Shown here: positions 36,320-42,783 of the stretch, piece after piece
Numbering within the stretch: position 1 is the first letter of the stretch
How the letters are laid out: each line of letters starts with the position of its first letter
IMG/VR virus record: IMGVR_UViG_3300005077_000038
Coordinates: 1 to 42,783 of that record
From: a virus
Lineage: Duplodnaviria; Caudoviricetes
Direction: 5' to 3' (one strand)
DNA: 42,783 nt
Notes under the pieces: generated by a model
Database searches by the model: none
Seen by the model: only the letters and a program-made list of their open reading frames with translations
What the model was told of the DNA's origin: nothing
Translations under genes and position numbers: made by a program

Positions 36320-36347
36320 ATTGTATTCACAAATCGAAAAAAATCAA
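36320..36347 (-). promoter_or_regulatory. candidate sigma70 promoter of the replication operon
   Basis: TTGATT-N16-TACAAT ending 7 nt before the helicase ATG. Confidence 0.5.
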
Positions 36348-36383
36348 GAAAAAAAACGCACACGCACACGCACAAAAAAAATC

Positions 36384-36412
36384 TTGACATTCCGTTGATT
36401 AAGGGATATCAT
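36384..36412 (+). promoter_or_regulatory. sigma70 promoter
   Basis: TTGACA-N17-TATCAT ending 7 nt before ATG 36419. Confidence 0.75.
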
Positions 36413-36418
36413 CAAACC

Positions 36419-36532
36419 ATGAAATCAAACAATAAACAACCGCAATGCCCGGAATGTGAATCGAAAAATATCCTAACCAACAAGGACGGAACACGCCGTT
36501 GTCGTCGGTGTGGGTATGAGTGGAAAAAATGA
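36419..36532 (+). CDS. 37-aa zinc-ribbon protein
   Basis: MKSNNKQPQCPECESKNILTNKDGTRRCRRCGYEWKK. Confidence 0.65.
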   Translation: MKSNNKQPQCPECESKNILTNKDGTRRCRRCGYEWKK

Positions 36533-36554
36533 ATCCAGCAATGAGGAGAATGCC

Positions 36555-37022
36555 GTGAAGTCGTTACCGCCAAAAATAAATCTTGCTGTAAAAAAAATCA
36601 TATTAATCTCTGTTTTGGTAACCGGATGCTCCGGAGCAGATGCCCAGACACTCGCACAAAAGAATAATAACCCAGTCAACCTAAAGGCGTTTGTCCAGTG
36701 GGACGGTATGACCGGCAAAGACAAATATGGCCACGCAGTCTTTGAGTCCATGGATTATGGGATCCGGGCGGCTCTTAAAAATGCACAGACACGCCGAAGC
36801 AGAAGGCCCTGCCAGACATTAAGAGAGTGGATGAACGATTTCGCCGAGGAAAACGGGGATTTTGAAGCGGAATATATCGCCAGAAAAATGAACATCCCCA
36901 GTGAAACATTGTTGAAAAATATCGACATGGCGGAACTCGTCCGGCATCAGGCGTGGTTTGAAGGCCAAGTTGAGATCAGCAGGAATAAAATAACCGAGGT
37001 AAGGGAAAGGTTTGGGATATGA
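36555..37022 (+). CDS. lysozyme-like protein (NNNPxN family) with signal peptide/lipobox
   Basis: GAGGAG RBS before GTG; KKIILISVLVTGC; KNNNPVNL...W.G....GHAVFESMDYGIRA...AWFEG. Confidence 0.6.
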   Translation: MKSLPPKINLAVKKIILISVLVTGCSGADAQTLAQKNNNPVNLKAFVQWDGMTGKDKYGHAVFESMDYGIRAALKNAQTRRSRRPCQTLREWMNDFAEENGDFEAEYIARKMNIPSETLLKNIDMAELVRHQAWFEGQVEISRNKITEVRERFGI

Positions 37023-37227
37023 TCGGCCAAGGACGCCTGCATCTATCAAGGGAAGGGATCGCCACGGACGGGGTCGTGTTTTTTAAGATTTTATGCCCAT
37101 CTTTGTTAAGACGGTGTCGGAAAATCGGAAATCCCGACGACAAAGGGATGATCCGCAAGTCCGAAAGCGCTGTCGGAACATGGTTTTTTGTGAGAAATAT
37201 TATTTTATTTTTCCTGAAAAAAACTTC

Positions 37228-37255
37228 TTGACAAGTTATCACTTTGTGATATACT
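37228..37255 (+). promoter_or_regulatory. strong sigma70 promoter with palindromic operator
   Basis: TTGACA-N16-TATACT with extended -10 TG; inverted repeat TATCAC-TTT-GTGATA at 37237-37251. Confidence 0.8.
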
Positions 37256-37306
37256 TAGAGCAGATGAGGGAGGCAAAAGGCCACCCGGAAAAAGAAAGGA
37301 TCGACC

Positions 37307-37990
37307 ATGAAAAGCACAAGAGAAGAGAGGCTTGAGACCATCAAGCAGGCAGAGGCGGACTTTTTTGATATCCCTGAAAAGGACAAAGATCGCATTGAGT
37401 ATCGGTGTGTAGAAGATCCTGATGGCGATGCTTGCACAGACGCCGGAATAGATCATGATAAGTGGCTGGATATGATAGAGCTATACGCTGAGCTTAATGA
37501 CGGGATTGATAATCCAGACGACATCGACATTGACTGGCTGAGAGACAAAGTCTTTACGGAGTTGAGCAAGGAGTATGTCTTGTCACTTAAAGATCGCAAG
37601 CTGGCTGAGATCAGAGAAAAGCTGAGAGATGGTGAGGACATAGACGATCTATCACAGGATGATGTAGACTATATCGTGTCTCTTGCCACAGAGGCCCAGA
37701 TCACAAACCATCAGGACGGCGTAGCATGGGAGCAGTGGATAGATGTCACGGATGACTCATCCTGCGTCACAGATCACATCGTAGTCCGATGGCTGCCTAA
37801 CGCCACATACAGAGAGGCTGCAGAAAAAATTGACTCTGAGCGCAAGCGTATCCAGTCGCTTATGGATGAGGATATATCAGACTCAGAGAGAGGATCACTG
37901 CAAGATGAGATGGACAGCTTGTCTGATATGTGGCCAGAGGAAGATCAGTCATGTGACTGGGACTCACCAGACGCGATCGAGCTGAAATAA
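37307..37990 (+). CDS. highly acidic early protein
   Basis: 227 aa, about 67 D+E versus about 26 K+R (hand count); GAAAGGA RBS. Confidence 0.8.
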   Translation: MKSTREERLETIKQAEADFFDIPEKDKDRIEYRCVEDPDGDACTDAGIDHDKWLDMIELYAELNDGIDNPDDIDIDWLRDKVFTELSKEYVLSLKDRKLAEIREKLRDGEDIDDLSQDDVDYIVSLATEAQITNHQDGVAWEQWIDVTDDSSCVTDHIVVRWLPNATYREAAEKIDSERKRIQSLMDEDISDSERGSLQDEMDSLSDMWPEEDQSCDWDSPDAIELK

Positions 37991-38003
37991 TTGTGGACCT
38001 ATC

Positions 38004-38050
38004 CACCCCGGCGATTTGGTCGATCCTTGCCCCGCAAGGGGGCCGGGGTG
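38004..38050 (+). other. GC-rich branched RNA hairpin
   Basis: CACCCCGGC/GCCGGGGTG outer stem with inner CCTTGC-CCC-GCAAGG; no U-tract. Confidence 0.6.
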
Positions 38051-38067
38051 AAAATTAAGGAGATAAC

Positions 38068-38163
38068 ATGAATACTGTAAGTCAAATTTTAGTTTTAGCT
38101 ATCGTAACAGGATTCACTCTGTTTGTTTATATCATCAATAAGGCGACGGAGAATGAAAAATAA
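38068..38163 (+). CDS. 31-aa single-TM peptide (not in ORF track)
   Basis: AAGGAG RBS; MNTVSQILVLAIVTGFTLFVYIINKATENEK. Confidence 0.65.
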   Translation: MNTVSQILVLAIVTGFTLFVYIINKATENEK

Positions 38164-38359
38164 AAAAACAGGATGGCAGTCGTTTGGAGATTTCATAATA
38201 AAAATTATTATCGTCTATGCCATTTTGACAGTCTTTATATGTCAGGTTGATTTTGAAATCAAGATCATCAAGAAGAAAACAGGAATAATTCAAAATTTAA
38301 CGAACATCGCTGATAATGTATATTCTGGTTACAAAAGTTTGACCGGAGGCGTTAAGTGA
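38153..38359 (+). CDS. small membrane protein
   Basis: GGAG RBS; FIIKIIIVYAILTVFIC TM segment. Confidence 0.6.
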   Translation: MKNKKTGWQSFGDFIIKIIIVYAILTVFICQVDFEIKIIKKKTGIIQNLTNIADNVYSGYKSLTGGVK

Positions 38360-38574
38360 TAAAAAAAATACGCACTGAAATTTTTAAAGAAAGCCGCGCT
38401 CAATTTGCCAAGAGACTAGGAATATCTATCCGGGCGGTTGTATCGTGGGAACAGGGATGGAGAAATCCATCCAAGCCAGTCTGCAAGTTAATCGAAAGGA
38501 TGATCTATGAAAGAAAAAATCTTCCATCTAATCAAAAAAATGGAGTCGGACGGGTGGGACCTGATTGTCGTTGA
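38356..38574 (+). CDS. XRE-family helix-turn-helix regulator
   Basis: IKKIR...SRAQFAKRLGISIRAVVSWEQGWRNPS. Confidence 0.88.
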   Translation: MIKKIRTEIFKESRAQFAKRLGISIRAVVSWEQGWRNPSKPVCKLIERMIYERKNLPSNQKNGVGRVGPDCR

Positions 38575-38833
38575 TGTTTACACGACAAAAACGAACCTCC
38601 ACGTTTCAGATTCATGTTTCGCAATCCTCATCAAAGACGGAATTGAAATTTACATCGAATTCGAAGATGAAAAAGACGTCTGGATGCGCGGAGTAAAGAG
38701 CGTATGCCCTAAGTGTGATCGACATGTATATGATGGAACGATCGAAGAGGGCTGGGAATTTTGTCCGGATTGCGAAGTCGCTCCGGTTTATAAAAAGGAA
38801 ATCAACGAGGAATATTTAAAATGGAAATCATAA
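38507..38833 (+). CDS. hypothetical protein with C-terminal zinc ribbon
   Basis: GAAAGGA RBS; CPKC...CPDC. Confidence 0.6.
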   Translation: MKEKIFHLIKKMESDGWDLIVVDVYTTKTNLHVSDSCFAILIKDGIEIYIEFEDEKDVWMRGVKSVCPKCDRHVYDGTIEEGWEFCPDCEVAPVYKKEINEEYLKWKS

Positions 38834-39705
38834 CCCCAGAAAACAAACAGAAATGGCTTGAATTAAGAACGCAGGACATCACGTCAACAGAAGTATCCGC
38901 TCTATTCGGATTGAACCCATACATGACGAAATTTGAGTTGTGGCATAGAAAAAAACGCGGGGACGTGGTTGAACTTGCTGAAAACAAACGCATGTTTTGG
39001 GGAACAAAACTCCAGGACGTTATCGCCGAGGCCATCGCCGAAAAAAATGGATGGGAAATCCGAAGGATGGATGAGTATATCCGAGATCCGGATCTGAGGG
39101 CTGGGAGTAGTTTTGATTTTTCCATCGGCGATGATGGGATCCTCGAAATCAAAAACGTTGACGGACTTGTTTATAGGGATAAATGGGAAGAAAATTCCGC
39201 GCCTCTCCATATTGAAATGCAAGTCCAGCATCAAATGATGGTGTCCGGACGTGAATATGCCTATATTGGGATGCTCGTGGGTGGGAATGATGAAGTCCTC
39301 ATTAAAAGAAAAAGGGATGAGGTTGTTATCTCTGAGATTCGCAAGGCTATCAAAGAGTTTTGGAAATCCATTAATGAAAACAAACCGCCGGATCCTGACT
39401 TTAAGGCAGACGCAAAATTTATCGCAGAACTGTATGGATACGCCGAACCAAAAAAACTGTTTGACGCCAGAGGGGATGAGAAAATAACCGGAATGGCTGA
39501 AAGATACAAAGAACTCGGAGACTCAATCAAAGAGTTACAGACAGAGCGAGACGCCATCAAGTCGGAACTGTTAACAATCATAGAGGACGCTGAAAAGGTG
39601 ACCGGAGACAGGTTTACGATTTCAGCAGGGATCGTTGAGGAAACGCCGGTTAGCTATGTCCGCAGCGCGTTTCGTAATTTCAGAATAAACTGGAGGAAAA
39701 AATGA
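38821..39705 (+). CDS. YqaJ-like (lambda exonuclease family) recombination nuclease
   Basis: WLELR..DITSTEVSALFGLNPY, SFDF, ILEIKN, QVQHQM. Confidence 0.9.
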   Translation: MEIITPENKQKWLELRTQDITSTEVSALFGLNPYMTKFELWHRKKRGDVVELAENKRMFWGTKLQDVIAEAIAEKNGWEIRRMDEYIRDPDLRAGSSFDFSIGDDGILEIKNVDGLVYRDKWEENSAPLHIEMQVQHQMMVSGREYAYIGMLVGGNDEVLIKRKRDEVVISEIRKAIKEFWKSINENKPPDPDFKADAKFIAELYGYAEPKKLFDARGDEKITGMAERYKELGDSIKELQTERDAIKSELLTIIEDAEKVTGDRFTISAGIVEETPVSYVRSAFRNFRINWRKK

Positions 39706-39968
39706 CACAAAAAACACATGATCTGGCAGTAAAAACAGGGTCGTATACCGACAATAACGGCAACACGAAAAATAGGTATAAAAACTGCGGGATGGTTTTG
39801 AAGAAGGACGATGGCGGAGAAATCATCCTGATCGACCCGACATTCAATTTTGCCGGGGTCAAACTCGACAGCGACAGGGATATGGTTATCATATCGAAAT
39901 TTGAGGTCAAAAAGCGAGAACAAGCCGCCACAAGCCAGACACCGGATGCGGTGGATTGGGAGGAATAA
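39702..39968 (+). CDS. hypothetical protein, possible ssDNA-binding protein
   Basis: GSYTDNNGNTKNRYKNCG motif, acidic tail; lies in the recombination cluster. Confidence 0.5.
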   Translation: MTQKTHDLAVKTGSYTDNNGNTKNRYKNCGMVLKKDDGGEIILIDPTFNFAGVKLDSDRDMVIISKFEVKKREQAATSQTPDAVDWEE

Positions 39969-41188
39969 TGAAAATCATACATCTTAAAGCAGAAAACATT
40001 AAACGTTTGATCGCCGTTGACATTTCCCCGGACAAAAACGTGGTAAAAATCACAGGAAAAAATGGACACGGAAAAACGTCTGTTCTGGATTCGATTTGGT
40101 GGTGTCTTGGAGGAGCTCAGAACATTCAGTCACGCCCTGTCAATGACAGCGCGGATGAAGGGTTTGTTGAAATCGACCTTGGCGATATGGTTGTTACAAG
40201 GAAATTCAAAAAGCAGGACGGCGGGAAATATACGTCGTCACTGAAAATCGAAAGCAAAGACGGGGCAGTTTTCAAGTCACCTCAATCTCTAATTGATAAA
40301 CTTCTCGGGGACCTCACATTTGACCCGATGGCGTTTCAGCGTCTTGACCCGAAGAAACAGTTTGAAATCCTGAAATCGTTCGTCCCGGACGTTGATTTTG
40401 AAAAAATCGAGGACGAAAATAAAAAGGATTACGACGAAAGAACCGATCTTAACCGCCAGTATAAGGAAAAGAAATCGGCGGCGGATCAGATTGATGTTGA
40501 TATTCAAAGCGCGCCGACCGACATCATTGATACATCAAAAATGATGAAACAAATTGAAGTCGCGTCTGAACATAACTCAAAGGTTTCGTCATGCCGAAGC
40601 GACCGCGCGCAGAAAATCAAAAGGATGGAGCAGTTAAAATCAGAACTTAAACAGCTTGAAGAGGAAATAAAGGCCCAGATTGATGATCCAGTCGACATTC
40701 AGGATTTGTCGAAAAAAGTCGAAGAGGCGCAGAAACACAACGAAATCGTGAGAAATAAGCATGAGAAAGTCAAATTGATCGAAACAGCATCCCTGCTGAA
40801 ACAGCAGGCTGATGAGCTAACAAAGAGAATCGAGAAACGCAACGAGGACAAAAAGAGATCCATTGAAAATGCGAAACTTCCGGTCAATGGCATAGGGTTC
40901 GGTGATGGAGAAGTGCTACTGAACGGCTTGCCGTTATGCCAGGCATCAGATGCTGAACAGCTGAGAGCATCGCTTTCGATCGCAATGGCCCTTAACCCAG
41001 AACTCCGCGTTATCCGCGTTCGAGACGGATCCCTGCTTGACGATGATTCAATGAAAATCGTTGAAGAAATGGCAGAAAAGAATGATTTTCAGATATGGAT
41101 TGAGATCGTTGACGGGTCCGGCAAAGTCGGGTTTGTGTTAGAAGAGGGATCACTTAAAGGTTCTCCTGAAGGAATAAACGAATTTTAA
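39968..41188 (+). CDS. SMC/RecF-like AAA ATPase with coiled coil
   Basis: ITGKNGHGKTSVLD Walker A; long coiled coil; ASDAEQ signature-like motif; IRVRDGSLLD. Confidence 0.85.
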   Translation: MKIIHLKAENIKRLIAVDISPDKNVVKITGKNGHGKTSVLDSIWWCLGGAQNIQSRPVNDSADEGFVEIDLGDMVVTRKFKKQDGGKYTSSLKIESKDGAVFKSPQSLIDKLLGDLTFDPMAFQRLDPKKQFEILKSFVPDVDFEKIEDENKKDYDERTDLNRQYKEKKSAADQIDVDIQSAPTDIIDTSKMMKQIEVASEHNSKVSSCRSDRAQKIKRMEQLKSELKQLEEEIKAQIDDPVDIQDLSKKVEEAQKHNEIVRNKHEKVKLIETASLLKQQADELTKRIEKRNEDKKRSIENAKLPVNGIGFGDGEVLLNGLPLCQASDAEQLRASLSIAMALNPELRVIRVRDGSLLDDDSMKIVEEMAEKNDFQIWIEIVDGSGKVGFVLEEGSLKGSPEGINEF

Positions 41189-41210
41189 TTAATAATGAAA
41201 GGATTAACAA

Positions 41211-42233
41211 ATGACACATATCGAAGAATTTAAACAAAACCTCATCGCCATGCGAGACAAACTTGAACCTTTACTTAAGAAAGACACTGACAAGTTTATC
41301 CAGATCGCGGCAAATTATGTCGAACAAAATCAGGGATTGCTTGAAAAAAACAGGGCGTCTCTATACAACTCAATCATCAGATCTGCCCAGCAAGGATTAT
41401 ATCTTGACGGACACGAAGCCGCCCTGGTCCCGTTTAACGGAGAGGTCAAGTTTATGTCTATGTATAAGGGCCTATTAAAACAAGTCAGAAATAGTGGAGA
41501 ATTGGCAAGCATAAACTGCGGGGTGGTTTATGAAAACGATACGTTTGAGTTTTTTGTTGACGAGATCGGTGAACATATCAAGCACGTTCCGAACTACAAA
41601 GAAAAGCGAGGAAAGCATTCGGCAACATACGCCATCGCAAGAACAAAAGACAGCAACGCCCCGTACATCGAAATCATGCGTGAGGAAGAAATTCAGGATT
41701 GTAAAAAGGCCAGTCGAGCCAGAAGCAATAGCCCATGGGACGGCCCGTTCTCAGATGAAATGCGAAAGAAAACAGTTTTACGAAGAATTTCAAAACGTCT
41801 CCCTATGTCAACCGATCTTAATGCTGCATTACATGCCGATGATGACCTTTTTATCCCCGAAGATGACCCGAAGGATGATCCGAAGCCAGAAACGTCTGGC
41901 AAGCTGAGGGACGCTGTATCAAATAAACAAAATGAACCTGAACCAGCTAAGAAACCCTTGGCCGTGCAGGGCGTAATCGAAGAATTGAAAATTATCCCGG
42001 TAACCGTAGACGGAAATCCATCAAGCCGTTTCGCATGCCGGATTGGAAATGTTTGGTTCGGGACGTTTGATCAGAATTTTTATGAACAGATGGGATCGTA
42101 TGCTGACAAAAAATCATCAATCTGGATGGTGTTTGAAAAAAGAACAAACAAATCCGGGAAGGAATACAATGAGGCGCTTGAGATAAACGAAATTGAATCG
42201 ACGACAGTTGACGAAACAGAGGTTCCGATATGA
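41211..42233 (+). CDS. recT: RecT-family ssDNA annealing protein
   Basis: AQQGL, AALVPF, YKGLLKQVRNSG, SPW....EMRKKTVLRRISKRLPMS. Confidence 0.9.
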   Translation: MTHIEEFKQNLIAMRDKLEPLLKKDTDKFIQIAANYVEQNQGLLEKNRASLYNSIIRSAQQGLYLDGHEAALVPFNGEVKFMSMYKGLLKQVRNSGELASINCGVVYENDTFEFFVDEIGEHIKHVPNYKEKRGKHSATYAIARTKDSNAPYIEIMREEEIQDCKKASRARSNSPWDGPFSDEMRKKTVLRRISKRLPMSTDLNAALHADDDLFIPEDDPKDDPKPETSGKLRDAVSNKQNEPEPAKKPLAVQGVIEELKIIPVTVDGNPSSRFACRIGNVWFGTFDQNFYEQMGSYADKKSSIWMVFEKRTNKSGKEYNEALEINEIESTTVDETEVPI

Positions 42234-42397
42234 TTTATTCAATCCTTGGATGGTATACAATAGTTTTTATGTCTTTGCTGGTTATGGCATGTAGAGAAAA
42301 TTCGATTATGATTTTTATAGTATTCCCTGCACTTGTATTTTCAATCATGGCAATCAACAGGAAAGGATCGGCATCAAATGGAAAGAGGAAAAGTTAA
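42230..42397 (+). CDS. 55-aa two-TM membrane protein (not in ORF track)
   Basis: ATGA overlap with the RecT stop; [55 protein letters not shown]. Confidence 0.5.
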   Translation: MIYSILGWYTIVFMSLLVMACRENSIMIFIVFPALVFSIMAINRKGSASNGKRKS

Positions 42398-42584
42398 ATT
42401 TTTTGATGAGAACAAGGGATATGGATTCATAACTCCGGACAGCGGTGGGAAAGATATTTTTGTCCATTATTCTGGTATTGTTGGAAAAGGATTTAAAAAA
42501 CTCGAAGAGAATGAAATTGTAACATTTATCCGTGAGCAGGGGCCGAAAGGTCAGCAGGCGGCGAATGTTAAGGAGGTTTTATGA
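42378..42584 (+). CDS. cspA: cold-shock protein (CspA family), 68 aa
   Basis: [15 protein letters not shown] (RNP1), DIFVHYS (RNP2), [10 protein letters not shown]. Confidence 0.95.
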   Translation: MERGKVKFFDENKGYGFITPDSGGKDIFVHYSGIVGKGFKKLEENEIVTFIREQGPKGQQAANVKEVL

Positions 42585-42727
42585 AACCCGGAATCTACGA
42601 AACAATTTACGGCAATGCGGCCGAGGTTGAAGATTGGGAAAGCGATACGGCCTGGGATTTAGATATGCAAGAAGAGATCCCGATTGAGATGATTGACCTG
42701 AAAAAGTTTATACGGGATTTCGAGTAG
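42581..42727 (+). CDS. 48-aa acidic hypothetical protein (not in ORF track)
   Basis: AAGGAGGT RBS; [48 protein letters not shown]. Confidence 0.6.
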   Translation: MKPGIYETIYGNAAEVEDWESDTAWDLDMQEEIPIEMIDLKKFIRDFE

Positions 42728-42740
42728 TGATCTTTGAAAA
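42728..42740 (+). promoter_or_regulatory. boxA-like antitermination motif
   Basis: TGATCTTTGAAAA resembles rRNA-leader/nut boxA. Confidence 0.4.
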
Positions 42741-42783
42741 TCCGGGGATGGCGTTATAAAAGCAGGATAGAATGTATCTGGTT

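Larger units (their letters stand above)
1..42783. mobile_element. Tailed bacteriophage genome (contractile tail), probably complete/circularly permuted
   Basis: Complete terminase-portal-head-neck-sheath-tube-TMP-baseplate-fibre series plus replication and recombination genes; no housekeeping host genes; plus-strand genes at both window ends. Confidence 0.95.

Noticed and set aside
37019-37231. 70-aa plus-strand ORF after the lysozyme-like gene
   Set aside because: The ATGA overlap is suggestive, but it has no motifs and runs into the AT-rich promoter; left uncalled.
1-42783. tRNA genes, integrase/att site, reverse transcriptase/DGR, stop-codon reassignment
   Set aside because: No cloverleaf, recombinase or RT motifs were seen by eye, and genes are intact in the standard code; tRNAscan was not run.

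Overview
The window looks like a complete or nearly complete ~42.8 kb tailed-phage genome with contractile-tail (myovirus) morphogenesis genes; the host cannot be identified from sequence alone. The minus strand carries replication genes (SF2 helicase, VRR-NUC, primase-VapE helicase, candidate iteron origin), then an AT-rich PAPS-reductase-like module, then packaging, head, tail, baseplate, fibre and putative lysis genes (36.3 kb down to 1.67 kb). The plus strand carries early genes (acidic protein, HTH, YqaJ, AAA ATPase, RecT, cold-shock protein), continuing across the window end into an adenine methylase. Main result: the large terminase and the gpF-like head morphogenesis gene each contain a 328-aa intein whose in-frame central region resembles no endonuclease. 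Instead, a homing-endonuclease-like gene (NUMOD4-HNH in one, HTH + Vsr/DUF559-like in the other) lies on the ANTISENSE strand, codon-aligned, with its own candidate RBS and promoter written into the intein's C-terminal splicing motifs. Also notable: three consecutive tail spike/fibre-like genes with signal peptides, a 19-aa Lys/Gly peptide linked to a PP-loop enzyme, an acr/aca-like early operon, and a -1 frameshift in the tail chaperone. All family calls are motif recognition by eye; no database searches were run.
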